The notes under the pieces are model-generated. The model worked only from the letters and a program-made list of their open reading frames with translations. It did no database searches and was not told where the DNA came from. Both the position numbers and the translations under genes were made by a program. A stretch of DNA of 64,000 nt from Eledone cirrhosa (Eukaryota). Location: positions 364,374,001 through 364,438,000 of the forward strand of contig OZ024741.1 in the NCBI GenBank assembly GCA_964016885.1. The letters run 5' to 3'. Positions 42,010 through 56,142 of the stretch are shown piece by piece. Position 1 is the stretch's first letter, and the number at the start of each line of letters is the position of its first letter.

Positions 42010-42745
42010 ACCTGGAGTGACTCTGATCTCAAAGATATGCACTCTATTGAGTTACATTGCTCCAAAGACACTTCATTTTGGCTATTTGTATTTGTGATCG
42101 CATTGTTTCAGTCATTACCCAAGATGCATGACCATAGGTAAGGGCTGGCATGGATACTGAATTGAAGATAGCGAGTTTGGCTTTTACAATACTTCCTTTC
42201 TTCTGATGACCGGATATTGAAGCTGATGCATTACTGCACTGGCTCCTGCAATTCCTGCCCTTAATTCAGCTTCCTGCTTTCCATCACTCAAGAAAATAGC
42301 CCCGAGATACATGAACCATGTCTCTCATATGTAGAGTGCACAGGTTCCTTGAGAGTATCAGTGTCTCAGTCTTTGCAGAAGTGATTTTGATTCCAGCCAT
42401 CCAGCACTTGGCAGCAAACCTATCAAATGCATGTTGGAGATCAGCTTCTGATGAGTTAAGTAGTACCGTGTCGTCTGCAAATTCTAGCCAACTTATCCTA
42501 CACTTGCCAGTCCTGATGCCACTTCCAACCTCGCTGTGCATGTCAATTCTGTCCATGAAGATTATGAACAGGAGAGATTATAGACTCTTGGTGGAGTTCC
42601 AACACTCACATTGAATGGTTTTGGCTTAGCACGATTTATCTGAACACAAATACATTCATAGAAAGACTTCAAGACAACAAGAAGCTGTCCATCGATCCCA
42701 TAGTCCTACATTATCTTCCACAACAGGTCCCATAGAATGCAGTTG
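42010..42745 (-). mobile_element. RTE LINE RT fragment
   Basis: ISWLEFADDTVLL and KTETLIL; same family as 48330-49270 in opposite orientation. Confidence 0.8.
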
Positions 42746-43088
42746 CATGTGAAAGTGAATGATTATATAGTTTCAATATGGTTATTATCCTTCCTTTTAT
42801 TTTAATAACTATTGTTCAGGCATGGTTGTATGGTTACAAGTTTGCTTTGCCATCTTGTAGTTACAGGCTGGATTCCTCTGCAGGACACCTTGGGAAAGTG
42901 TCTTATATGAAATATAAGGAAATGTATGATGGCATTGATGTGGGTTTTATTTTTAACACATAGTCAGGATAAAGGGCAATACCCAAGACATTTGTCAGGG
43001 CCCCCGGTATTGATAGGATGGAGGGTTGAAGGTACCCTTAAAATAGAGATTTTACTCAAATAGTTACAACAGAATAGACGCTGTTATT

Positions 43089-43335
43089 GGCACCAAGGGG
43101 CCAGAAGTTGGTGTTAAACTGAGCAACAGATTAAGTATACTGCTAGAAATCCTGTCTAAGAGTCATGTGGTGGTGTTAAACTGTGTAACAGATTAAGTCT
43201 ATGACTAGAAATCCTGTTGAAGAGCCAGGTGGTGGTGTTAAACTGAGCATCAGATTAAGTCTATGGCTAAAAATCCTGTTAAAGAGTGATGTGGTGCTGT
43301 GAGACAGATTAAGTCTATGGTTAGAAATCCTGTCC
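43089..43335. repeat. ~60-bp tandem repeat, about four degenerate copies
   Basis: ggtgttaaactgagcaacagattaagtctatgactagaaatcctgt recurs. Confidence 0.8.
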
Positions 43336-44444
43336 AGTGATTGAACAATTCTGCCTGTTTATTGCTCTAAACTGATACTTTAAGTCAGAATTGACATTGG
43401 CAGGATTGGAACTCAGAACACAAGGAGCTAGTAGAAATACTACAAAACTTTTTGTATGATCATCAATAGTGATTAGATTTTTTGAAGACGTATATAGACA
43501 AAATAGTTAAAGTATTAACCGATTTGATAGTAAATTGTCTGAAACCACGCTGGTTCCCAAACTTTATTTTAGTGTTTCTCATAATCATCACTATCATTAT
43601 CATTTTATCTCCATTTTCCATACTGCCATGGGCTGACACTAGTAAGTTCAGATAACCACATCATACTCATACATTCCATTTTGGCATGGTTTTTATGGCT
43701 GGGTGCTCTTCCTACTGCCAACCACTTTACATAGTGCACTGAGTGAATTTTATCATGGCACCAGTATTGCCACTTGACAGATTTTACTGTGTGCATTTTA
43801 TTGTGGCATCAACATTATCGCTTTCCAGTCTGAAAAACGAACTTGATAATGAGTTAGTTATGTTGCTAAATCTCACCAAATACTTATTTTCAGAATGATT
43901 TGAAGGTAATAAAAGTACTAAAATATAAATTTCTTATATGTTTCTCCAAAATAATAAGATAATGTATATCTAAAATATATTGGTGACATGATAAAACACA
44001 CAGAGTACTTTTTGTAAAGTGTTTGGTGATAGGAGGGGCATTCATTTGTAGAAAACATGCCAAACAAAAGGTTGAGTGGCCACTTCAGTTGCATCAAAAA
44101 CATAGCAGCCTTCTTAGCGTTGGTATCATGATAAAATGCATCCAGTGCACTCTGTATAGTGCAAGAGTGTATGTAAGCAAGAGGTGTCCCTCTTCTGTCA
44201 GAGAGGTCAGTAACTCCAATTAAGTACCGACTTAGTCTAAGATGACCCATCCAAACCTAGCTAACAACTAAAGTAGATGTTAAATGACGACGATGATGAT
44301 GATGATAACATTCTTTGATTAATTAATTTTGTGTAGTGTATTTGAAATTTTTTGTTTCTAGCTTGAATTTTGAAATTTTGATAAATATTTCCCAGTTATT
44401 AACTGTTATGAAATGATCTAAATGCTTTTATTTTGATATTTTAA

Positions 44445-44600
<156 letters not shown>

Positions 44601-44764
44601 TAAGTTTCAGCTTAGAACATTTTTTTTTATTATTTTCTTATTTTATTCTTTTATTGGCATGGGCTGAACCTGACTTTTTGAGGCAGTGTTTCACTGTTGT
44701 CCTTGATGCCAATGTTACTAGCTGCCTTTCACAACATGCACAGATATGGTGTATCCATTCTAAA

Positions 44765-45500
44765 AACTGGGATACATATAAATAAACACAGATATATATA
44801 TATAAACACATGGATGAACTGGATTATACATGGATAAACTGGATATACATGGATAGATTGGGATATTCATGGATAAACTAAATATATATGGATAAATTGG
44901 GATGTTCATGGATAAACCAGGACATACATGAATAAATTGGGATATACATTCATAAACACTGATATACATGGGTAAACAGAGATATCCATGGATATATCAG
45001 GATACACATGGATAAACTGGGATATACATGGATGAACTGGGGTAGACATGGGTATACATGGATAAACACAAATATACATGGATATACATGGATGAACATG
45101 GATATACAAGGATATATATTGATGTACATGGATAAACATGGATAAACTGGGATACACATGGATGAACTGGGATAAACATGGATATACATGGATGAACTGG
45201 GATAAACATGGAGATTTATTGATAAATTGGGATATACATGGATATACACAGATGTAAAAACAACGATGATGCTGCAATATGGAGGGACTGGGATATACAT
45301 TGTTAAACCAGATTATACATGGATAAACTGGGATACACATGAATAAACTAGGATATACATGGATAAACTGGGATAAACATGGATAAACTGGGATAAACAT
45401 GGATAAACTGGGATATACATGAATAAATTGGGAAAAACATGGATAAACTGGTTTATATATGGATATACATGGATGAATTGGGATATACATGGATAGATAT
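44765..45500. repeat. Degenerate 10/11-bp minisatellite (ggataaact / ggatatacat units)
   Basis: Alternating gataaactgg and gatatacatg units beginning ~165 nt after the exon donor. Confidence 0.9.
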
Positions 45501-46711
45501 GTATAATATTTTATTCTTTTAATCTATTATTGGCTCAGTAACAATTCTAGCAATCTATTGCCCCTAAAATGGTATATTTATGAACACTAAAAAGATGAAA
45601 AGCACATAGAACCTCTGTGGGATTTGAATCCCAAGCACAGAGATCTGAAACAAACCCCGAGGTATTTACTATAATACCCCAATGACTTTGCCAATTTGAT
45701 GTCTTTTTCCAAACAAATTGAATAACACAATCACAATACTGAGAGATTAGGTTACATAAATCTAGTTTAGTGTTAGTTATAGTGAATTTTTTATGTTGTT
45801 TTGCTCTCTATAAATGTTCATATTGCCATATTTATGGTTGCTTTACTTCCTTTCGGGGTTGGTAAATATATCAATATAGTACCAGTCCCAGGATAATGGT
45901 TTAGCAGAATTGTTAAAGAGTTGATGGGATGCTTTTCAGTATCTGTTTGTTCTGAGTTCAAATTTTGCCTCCTTCTGCCAGAGTTGGGACTATCAGATGA
46001 TATCAGCAATGGAAGCATCATTTCCTTGGTTTGATCTGATGACCAGTACCTTTACATTTTTGTCATTTCATCCTTTTGGGGGTTGATAAAATAAAGTACT
46101 AGTCCAGGGGCACTATTGTTAAAGAGCCAGACAGGATGATTTATGGTATCTGAGCTGACTCTGTGAGTTCTGAGTTCAAATCCTGTCTGTTTCCTGCAGG
46201 AGATAGTATCAGCAATGGAAAGAATAACAGAAAAATTGTTTCCTTATTCCAATGTAACAATCGCATCCTTTCTTTTTATTATCATTATAGGTTTTATTTA
46301 TTCTGTTATTCCTTTTCTCTATTGCTCTTCAACATAAATTCATTTTCAAATCCTGACTTGGATACATATATCTATGAAATGGAATGAACTGCTGTTATTT
46401 CCAATGATGACTCTTTCAGTTCAGTCAATGGCACAGCCTGCTTGTGAAATTAACATGTATGTGGCCAAGCATTTCATAGACAGGGAGATTTATTGTGACA
46501 TAGTGTGTGACAAAGCTGGCCTTTTGAATTAAAAGTACAGCAGTCCATCTGACAGGCTCTGAAACAGCTTCCATTTACTCCATTTCATGCATAAAACTTG
46601 GAGAGATTCACCATTACACAGTGTGTAACAAGACTAACTTTTTGAATTATAGACACAGCCCATCCAACAGGCTTCTAAGCAGATTCCATTTACTCTATTT
46701 CATGCACAAGG

Positions 46712-46892
46712 TTAACCCTTTAGCATTTACATTATTCTATATTTGCTATTATATTTTCATGGTGAAGGCTTTATCTCACATAATTATCTCACATAATATC
46801 AAATTTATGAGATTTTGATATTATTTATTTTGAGAACATTACCTTAATGTCAGTATGAGTGGCCAGTTATGGCTAGTTAGAAGAGAAAGAGG
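46712..46892 (-). mobile_element. piggyBac-type MITE, one end lost
   Basis: TTAACCCTTTAGCATTTAC, body matches the 40234 copy. Confidence 0.75.
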
Positions 46893-48329
46893 CTATGCTG
46901 TCAGATCGAATCTGGCATCTTTAGAAATATACTTATTAATTTAATTAAAAAAGTTTATTTTTATTCATTTATAATTTGATATCATAATGACTTTTTCAAA
47001 GGAGATATGGAGGTAGAGAGAGACTTGTGGCATCTTGTTGCATCTCTTTATTTTGAATTTGGCTATGCTGTGTCCACATATATTTATGGTGAATTTTCAA
47101 AAGGAAGGAAAATAAGACCTAGTGAAGCCTAAGTATGTCTTCTAGTACATTCAGCAATTTATTCAAAGCCTAACAACAATCCAACAATCTAATAAATATT
47201 AAAATAACCCAACTATTTCTCATGTAATTTTGTTTCATCAGTTTCTGACTGCATAGTCTGCTATTTTGGATTCCAATTTCCTTTACGTAAAATATTCAAA
47301 TTACACATTGCTAAAACTCTTTGGTGCACTCAGTTTTGAAGTTGGTTAATTTCTATTTTATTAATCATTTAATTACTACACTATCCAAGAAGGCTTTAAT
47401 GATACCAAAATAATTCCACTATTTTAAATATGTTGAATGTATTTATTTCTTCTTCTACATAATTCTTCTTAATAATGAGAGGAAAGAAAAGATCTTTTAA
47501 TATTCTTTGGTATAATTCTTTTATTGTTTTACTGGTTTCAGTCATTAGACTGTGACCATGCTTGGGCACCTCCTTCAGGGGACTGAATTGGTCATATCGG
47601 CTCCAGAACATATTTTTCAAGACACCTGTTTATTTTATCGATTTCGTTTTGTTGAGTCAGAAAAGTATGGGACATAAACAAACACAAACAAAAAAAAAAA
47701 ATGATGGGTTTCTACACACTTTCTGTCTACCAAATTTCACTTACAAGGCATTGCTTAACCTATGGCTACAGCAGAAGACACATACCCAAGGTGCCATGCA
47801 GTTGGACTAAACCTGAAACCACATGGTTACAAAGGGAACTCTTTAACTACACATGTATGCCTCTGCCTACATTTAATAAATTCTCTCTGTTGGAGAATTA
47901 TAATTCTTCTTAAAAATGAGGGAAAAGAAAAGATATTTTAATATTATTCTTTGGTGTAATGTATAGAGTAGCAAAGATTATGCTTTGCATCCCTTTATAT
48001 TCTGAGTTCAAAACCTTCGAGATTTAATTTTATTACTCATCCTTAAGGAGTTAATAAAACAAGTGAGGTGGCTGGCAGCTATTTAATCATTTGTATCTAC
48101 CCTTCTGATAGAAGAAATCAGTATTGTTTTTAAGAATTAGAAATGATAATTTAGTGTTTTAATTATTGTAAGGCGGTAGTCACATTGAACCAAGGACGTT
48201 ACATTTTCATTGGTCTTACTGTTACTGCTATATATCTAGTTGCAAATTGTGGAAGAAGGAGGTGGAATTGGAACTTTTTCAAGGGGGGTGTATTTAATTT
48301 GTACATGTAATTAAAATGTTAGTGTGTCT

Positions 48330-49270
48330 TCAAGAAATTGTAGAAGTATTGCCAAAAGGTATATGCTTGTTTTGCAGACTTGGGAAAAGGCATATGACTG
48401 CATTCCACACAACTTATTGTGGAAGGTTTTGTGGGACTATGGCATTGATGGACAGCTTCTTGTTGCCTTGAAGTTTTTATATGAACATCCTAGTATTTGT
48501 GTTTGGATAAATAGTGCTAAGTCAAAACCATTTAGTGTAGATATCTAACTCCAACAACGGTGTATACTGCCACCTCTACTATTCATAATATTCATGAATA
48601 GGATTGACATGTACAGCTGGGTTAGAAGTGGTGTCAAAACTGGTTGGTGTAGGATCAGTCAGCAGGAATTTGTAGACAACATGCTGCTGCTTAACATGTC
48701 AGAACCTGATCTCGAACATGCACTGAGTAGGTTAGATGCCAAGTGTTGCATGGCAGGAAGGAAAATCATTGCTGCAAAGACAGACATTCGTCCTCTCAAG
48801 AAAACCTGTGCAGTGCACTCTGCATGTGAATGGAGTTCCACTAAAGCAGGTGAAGTCCAAATATATTCATGAATGATTGAAGGCATGAGGCTGAATTAAA
48901 TGCAAGAATTGCTGGCGCTGGTGTAGTAATGCATCAGCTTCAGCATTCAGTTGTCAGAAGAAGGGATGTAGTTGTAAAAGCCAAATTTGCTACCTTCAAT
49001 TTAATGTTCATACCTACACTTACCTACTACAGTCATGAATCTTGGATAAGGACTGAAAGAATAGAATTTCAAATACAAGGGCTTCAAATGGGGTTCCTCT
49101 AATGGGTCTTTGGAGTTACATTACTCGATAGGATACACAGCACAAAGATCAAAAAGTCTCCCCAGGTGGTGCTGCTACATCTTTGAATTAAGAGATCACA
49201 TCTCCGGTACTACAGACGTAGTTAGAATGCCTAAGGAAAGAATCGCTAGACAGATTTTACAGGTGAAGAT
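48330..49270 (+). mobile_element. RTE LINE RT fragment (pseudogenised)
   Basis: EKAYDCIP, LWKVLWDYGIDGQLL, EFVDNMLLL, VVRMPKERIARQIL, broken by stops and frameshifts. Confidence 0.8.
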
Positions 49271-50238
49271 GAAGATAAAGTGGAAAGAGGAGGAGGAAAA
49301 TAAGATAATGAGCAGGATGAGGAGAAGAAGATGATTAATTCTAAGACAGTGTATTTTATTCAAAATATGGTAATGAAAGTGTTAAATGCATTATTTAGTT
49401 CAACTTTAGAAATAAATTAGACAGATGATTCCACTGGAGAAGTGAGCTTTCTTTTATTTGTTTCTCCAAGTATTCTTCAAATATATAACAACATTATATA
49501 GTTTGTAAAGAAACTGTTTTCCTTCATGATATGATTGCTTTCTTCATGGGGAGCCACACTATATCTAGTTGTAGATAATATATATACTCTGACTCACAAG
49601 AATGGAAGCTATTAAGTTCACACTTAGTGGTTTTCTGTAGCTTCTTCTGTTGTTGATGCTATCATATGCTATCATATGCTTGTGGCTGATTAACTGAGAG
49701 AGAGAGAAAGAGGGGGAGAGATTTAACAGTACAGCTCATATTCCATTTGTGGCAGAAGAGTGTTTACATAGTAATAATAGTAAAGAAGGAACAAAATATA
49801 AAAAATAAATGAAACAATACTAAATATTAATATTTTTGAAATTAAACAATGGAAGGCTTAAGAAGCTTGGAGTATGAGTGAAATTTAAGTGTATCTTCTG
49901 CATTTTGCAAAAGCTGCTATAATACATATTAACTATAATATAGCTGAATGAAATTAAAAAGTGAACAGAATTGCTTGTGGGAAATAAACCACATCGCTTC
50001 ATATGCTGGGAGGCTGCTTTTCCATCATAAAGGGTTATATCCCTGATTTTAACCAACTGTATGAAATGTAAAACTAATGAAAAGTATAAAAGATGGTAAT
50101 TATTTAACCCTATAACAGCTATGCTCTTATGGGAAGGAAATAATAAAATATATGGTCTATAAAATCACCTGTAAAAAAATGTAGCTCCCCATACATAGGA
50201 AGTACTGATCAAGGAGCACATAAAAACGAGAATTTCTG

Positions 50239-50451
50239 TTATCCCTTTAGCTTTTAAACTGGCCATATCCGGCCAGAATTCTCTCATGTTTCTGTTCAAA
50301 CTGGCTGTAATCAGCCGCTCATACTGATGTTAAAGTATTGTTCTCAAAATAAATAATATCAAAATCTCATAGATTCGAAATTATGTGAGATAAATGTTTA
50401 CTGTGAAAATACAATAGTATATATCGAGTAATGTAAATGCTAAAGGGTTGA
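50239..50451 (+). mobile_element. piggyBac-type MITE
   Basis: ccctttagcttttaa ... taaatgctaaaggg; body matches the 35179 copy. Confidence 0.8.
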
Positions 50452-51249
50452 AAAACATCTTGACATATGCTGCAGCCAAGACATTGAGGTCATTGTAGAG
50501 GCAACAGAAAGGAATATAGGTAATTTAAGAATCAAAGAGGCCATTATCATCAACCGGAAAAAAAACTACATATAAATAATTGATTAGAAATACACGAGGC
50601 AGACTGGTTACTATAACAACCTCTCACATGTGTATTTCAGACATGCAGGTCAGTTAAAGAAGAACACATCAATTGTTTGTTTTGTTTTTAACTGTTTCAG
50701 CTCCACATTTGAAAAGAGGGTACTAACCCTGAAATATTATGTTGCAATATATTGGGTAAAACATTACTTTCTTTTGTTTTATTTGTCATCATTTGCCCAT
50801 TGTATTTTTCTACCACATTGTAAATATATATATTGAAAAATATTGGTCTTTTATTAAACAAAATATACATTTTTGTTACCAGACATCAATTACTATTTTC
50901 AAATCATTTTGGAAATAATAAAGAATTTGGAAAACTTTAGTAACATAACTAATGTTTACATTATCAAGCTGGTGTTAAAAGCATAACTTAACAAAGGTTC
51001 TTACATAAAATTGTGATGGAAGGTTTCAGGGGCAGTGGATTGGCAGATTGTTAGGTATTTCTATATACAGAAAAATATTGATAATGATGTATTTAGTATT
51101 ATGCTAGAACATTGTATATTTTGAAGATTTCAAGGTAAACTAAGGGTAAATACAATTACTGCTTTTGAATTTGAAGCCTTCATTTATAAAAGAATGAAGC
51201 AGAAAGTGAAAACATTTTCATCTATTTCCTTGTACACAGAAAAACGTGT

Positions 51250-51418
51250 TTAACCCTTTAGCATTTAAACCGGCTGTAACCGGTTGCTCATATGGATGCT
51301 AAGGTATTGTTCTCAAAATAAATAATATCAAAATCTCATAGATTCGATATGTAAGGTAAAGAATTTACCATGGAAATATAATAGTAAATATAGAGTAATG
51401 CAAATGCTAAAGGGTTAA
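51250..51418 (+). mobile_element. piggyBac-type MITE with internal deletion
   Basis: Both TIRs and both TTAA intact; ~45 bp shorter than full copies. Confidence 0.85.
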
Positions 51419-51792
51419 AACATTATTTTGTCTTCATCAGAGAATGTCTATACCAATATTTCCATATATGGAAGAATATTGTTATGGTATTGCTATGTAT
51501 GTCATACAGTATATAGAAAATATCTTACATGGTCAATATAATTGTCATGACATGTAGACAATTCAATTAAACAGGCAATAAACATTTATGTGAAAACTGT
51601 GCATTTGAAAACTGCAAGGTAAACTTAATACAACAAGCATGTTACGGCCATCTTCCCTACGAAAGCAAGATTGAGCTTTTCGAGCCCCATGACAAGCTTC
51701 ATACTTCTCATGGGGTTCATTTTAAGGTAAACTTAATGATGCATATATTTGTCACTCACTAAGGATTAAAACTTTTCCTTTGTCTTTTTCAG

Positions 51793-51909
51793 TCACAGAG
51801 ATTTAAAACCAGAGAATTTGCTTTTAGATGAAAAGAATAATATTAGAGTTGCAGATTTTGGAATGGCATCTTTACAAGTTGAAGGATCAATGTTAGAAAC
51901 AAGCTGTGG
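51793..51909 (+). CDS. BRSK: BRSK/SAD-1 family kinase, internal exon (117 nt; catalytic loop, DFG, activation loop)
   Basis: ctttttcag acceptor, gtaaga donor; encodes (C)[38 protein letters not shown](G). Confidence 0.97.
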
Positions 51910-52235
51910 GTAAGAAACTCTTTCAGACATTATTTCAGCACTGAAATTCCCCTTAAGTTTCTTCTGGTAATTAGAAGCAAGCGAGCGAGAGAACTCCTAT
52001 AGCCCCTTAGAACAATTCAAGACAATGTAGTGGGAGTGGACAAGATCCACCATATTTGCCATATACAAAAAGTGAGATTCTTTTTGTATGTATACACTTC
52101 ATGCAGTGCTTCCCTCAGACATTTTTGCCTCCACCTTTTTATGACACACATTCTTTATGATAATAGTTGAATAATGGGTTAAATATGTTTTTTTTTTTTT
52201 AAATGTGAAAAATTATATATTATATATATATATAT

Positions 52236-52808
52236 ATCATCATCGTTTAACGTCCATCTTCCACGCTTGCATGGGTTTGGACGGGAATTTTCCCACTTGA
52301 GACAAGATTGGTTGTCTTGCTCGTATAGGACTGCCTGGCGGGTTTTCTATGGCTGGATGCCCTTCCTAACACCAACCACGTTTACAGTGTGGAACTGGGA
52401 GGTTTTTTTTGTTATCTACACGGCCACATTACAGCGTGGACTGTGTGTTTTTTTATCGTGACACCTACATGACCTCATCTATTTAGGACTGGATGTTGTG
52501 GTACCAACATAACTTTACATCGAAAGGGGTGGTGTGGATGGGGTGGGGGTAGTGGGACGGAGGTCTATTTTTGTTAAGAGGTGCCTACTGACTAGGTTTC
52601 GCTTTGTACTTAGGCAAGGCGGGTCTTCTGTATTACTGTGTAGCGCCAAAGATCTCGGTCCAGTGACATTGTCTTGGAGAGGTGTAAGTGTGTGAGGTCG
52701 GAATTTATCAAGTTGTCCCAGATTTTTCTGGGTCTGCCTACTCCGTAGGCTACCATCTATTTTTATCGCCCTGCACTTTTTTATATGGCTGTCGTCTTTC
52801 ACGCACAT
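52236..52808 (-). mobile_element. RTE LINE 3' end, same family as the 2350-3003 segment, between (TA)n runs
   Basis: CVKDDSHIKKCRAIKIDGS, shared ggaagggcatcc 3' motif, (GAT)n tail. Confidence 0.75.
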
Positions 52809-53561
52809 ATATATATATATAAATAAATATACACGGGTGTATATGATTGTGTATAGAAGATTATATTAATAAAAGGAATTCCAACTTTGGTATTATAATG
52901 AAATAGTATGGTAGAATATTAAATATATATATATCTATAATAAAATGGGGAGAAAAATACTGCTGGTAGCACATGGATAACATGTAATAAAATAAGTCCC
53001 TCATCAGTGATTTGCCGACGATCATAGATATTTCATTGCATTAAAAATCATATACCTCACGTCGGTGCAATAATAACTAAATTAAGTTATTAGGACAATT
53101 AAAACGCGTAAAGCGAGTGAGACAAGAAAACAACAAAGAGTAGAGCTAACCGTAGAAGGAAGGAGACAAGCTTCATAGTTATTCTGTTAGCATAAGCTAG
53201 GTGAATATATGAGCGCTTAGAAAAAAGACCTTTCACGAACGAATGCAATGTGAGAAAAGAGAGAAATTGCTTTCTTCGCGAACGGGGTGAAGTGAGGAGA
53301 GGAGAAACAGTGAGTGAGTGAGTGGAAGTGTGAAGGAAGAGTTAACTGACATGACAGAGGGGGCGAAAGAAAGTAGGAGAAACAGAGAGAATGGGGGAGC
53401 AGTATATATATATATATATTTAAAGGTTAAACAAGGTTCAATGAATAAATCAAAGAATAATGTTTTACAATAGATTAGAAGCACTCCACAGTTATGGTTT
53501 TCCGGAGTTATTAATATTAATTCAAAATATTGACAAAAATAGATATTCATGTGATCAAGTA

Positions 53562-53628
53562 TATTTTATTATACATATTTCAGAGGTACTGAGCTATCTT
53601 CAACAGTACGTCCTCATCAGATAAAATA
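53562..53628 (-). ncRNA. Type I hammerhead ribozyme motif
   Basis: The - strand reads TATTTTAT CTGATGA GGACGTACTG ttgaagatagct CAGTACCTCT GAAA TATGTA TA ATAAAATA: intact core, 8-bp helix I, ~9-bp helix II, short near-palindromic helix III. Predicted cut between 53570 and 53569. Confidence 0.8.
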
Positions 53629-53688
53629 AGATGATGCATTGATCACACGAATGTCTATTTTTGTTAATATTTTGAATTTATATATATA

Positions 53689-56142
53689 TAATAGGGTTGT
53701 GGGTGTTACGATGGAGGGCAATAGGGTTGTGGGTGTGACATTGGAGGGTAATAGGGTTGTGGGTGTTACGTTGGAGGGTAATAGGGTTGTGGGTGTGACA
53801 TTGGAGGGTAATAGGGTTGTGGGTGTTACGTTGGAGGGTAATAGGGTTGTGGGTGTGACATTGGAGGGTAATAGGGTTGTGGGTGTGACGTTGGAGGGTA
53901 ATAGGGTTGTGGGTGTGACGTTGGAGGGTAATAGGGTTGTGGGTGTGACGTTGGAGGGTAATAGGGTTGTGGGTGTGACAATGGAGGTTAATAGGGTTGT
54001 GGGTGTTACTTTGGAGGGTAATAGGGTTGTGGGTGTTACGTTGGAGGTTAATAGGGTTGTAGGTGTTACGTTGGAGGGTAATAGGGTTGTGGGTGTTACG
54101 TTAGAGGGTAATAGGGTTGTGGGTGTGACGTTGGAGGGTAATAGGGTTGTGGGTGTGACGTTGGAGGTTAATAGGGTTGTGGGTGTTACGTTGGAGGGTA
54201 ATAGGGTTGTGGGTGTTACTTTGGAGGGTAATAGGGTTGTGGGTGTTATGTTGGAGGTTAATAGGGCTGTGGGTGTTACGTTGGAGGGTAATAGGGTTGT
54301 GGGTGTTACGTTGGAGGGTAATAGGGTTGTGGGTGTTACTTTGGAGGGTAATAGGGTTGTGGGTGTGACGTTGGAGGTTAATAGGGTTGTGGGTGTTACG
54401 TTGGAGGGTAATAGTGTTGTGAGTGTTACGTTGGAGGGTAATAGGGTTGTGGGTGTTACGTTGGAGGGTAATAGGGTTGTGGGTGTGACATTGGAGGGTA
54501 ATAGGGTTGTGGGTGTGACATTGGAGGGTAATAGGGTTGTGGGTGTGACATTGGAGGGTAATAGGGTTGTGGGTGTTACGTTGGAGGGTAATAGGGTTGT
54601 GGGTGTTACGTTGGAGGGTAATAGGGTTGTGGGTGTGACGTTGGAGGGTAATAGGGTTGTGGGTGTTACGTTGGAGGGTAATAGGGTTGTGGGTGTTACG
54701 TTGGAGGGCAATAGGGTTGTGGGTGTTACGTTGGAGAGTAATAGGGTTGTGGGTGTGACGTTGGAGGGTAATAGGGTTGTGGGTGTGACGTTGGAGGGTA
54801 ATAGGGTTGTGGGTGTTACGTTGGAGAGTAATAGGGATGTGGGTGTTACGTTGGAGGGCAATAGGGTTGTGGGTGTTACGTTGGAGGGTAATAGGGTTGT
54901 GGGTGTGACATTGGAGGGTAATAGGGTTGTGGGTGTGACATTGGAGGGTAATAGGGTTGTGGGTGTTACGTTGGAGGGTAATAGGGTTGTGGGTGTTACT
55001 TTGGAGGGTAATAGGGTTGTGGGTGTGACATTGGAGGGTAATAGGGTTGTGGGTGTGACATTGGAGGGTAATAGGGTTGTGGGTGTTACGTTGGAGGGTA
55101 ATAGGGTTGTGGGTGTTACGTTGGAGGGCAATAGGGTTGTGGGTGTTACGTTGGAGGGTAATAGGGTTGTGGGTGTTACGTTGGAGGGCAATAGGGTTGT
55201 GGGTGTTACGTTGGAGGGTAATAGGGTTGTGGGTGTTACGTTGGAGGGTAATAGGGTTGTGGGTGTGACATTGGAGGGTAATAGGGTTGTGGGTGTTACG
55301 TTGGAGGGTAATAGGGTTGTGGGTGTTACTTTGGAGGGTAATAGGGTTGTGGGTGTTACGTTGGAGGGTAATAGGGTTGTGGGTGTGACATTGGAGGGTA
55401 ATAGGGTTGTGGGTGTGACATTGGAGGGTAATAGGGTTGTGGGTGTGACATTGGAGGGTAATAGGGTTGTGGGTGTTACGTTGGAGGGTAATAGGGTTGT
55501 GGGTGTTACTTTGGAGGGTAATAGGGTTGTGGGTGTTACGTTGGAGGGTAATAGGGTTGTGGGTGTTACGTTGGAGGGTAATAGGGTTGTGGGTGTGACG
55601 TTGGAGGGTAATAGGGTTGTGGGTGTGACGTTGGAGGGTAATAGGGTTGTGGGTGTTACTTTGGAGGGTAATAGGGTTGTGGGTGTGACATTGGAGGGTA
55701 ATAGGGTTGTGGGTGTTACGTTGGAGGGTAATAGGGTTGTGGGTGTTACTTTGGAGGGCAATAGGGTTGTGGGTGTTACGTTGGAGGGTAATAGGGTTGT
55801 GGGTGTTACTTTGGAGGGTAATAGGGTTGTGGGTGTTACGTTGGAGGGTAATAGGGTTGTGGGTGTTACTTTGGAGGGTAATAGGGTTGTGGGTGTGACA
55901 TTGGAGGGTAATAGGGTTGTGGGTGTTACGTTGGAGGGTAATAGGGTTTTGGGTGTTACGTTGGAGGTTAATAGGGTTGTGGGTGTTACGTTGGAGGGTA
56001 ATAGGGTTCTGGGTGTGACATTGGAGGGTAATAGGGTTGTGGGTGTTACGTTAGAGGGTAATAGGGTTGTGGGTGTTACGTTGGAGGGCAATAGGGTTGT
56101 GGGTGTTACGTTGGACGGTAATAGGGTTGTGGGTGTGACATT
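53689..56142. repeat. 30-bp G-rich minisatellite, ~82 copies, decaying to ~56257
   Basis: Unit taatagggttgtgggtgttacgttggaggg. Confidence 0.98.

Noticed and set aside
44760-45490. HVYP-rich ORFs
   Set aside because: Translations of the 10/11-bp minisatellite.
50500-50690. Penelope GIY-YIG remnant (LRIKEAIII)
   Set aside because: Too short and degenerate to support without a search.
53001-53010. Other CTGATGA hits (- strand near 27840, 37823, 51435, 53001, 57075)
   Set aside because: No correctly placed GAAA or helices.
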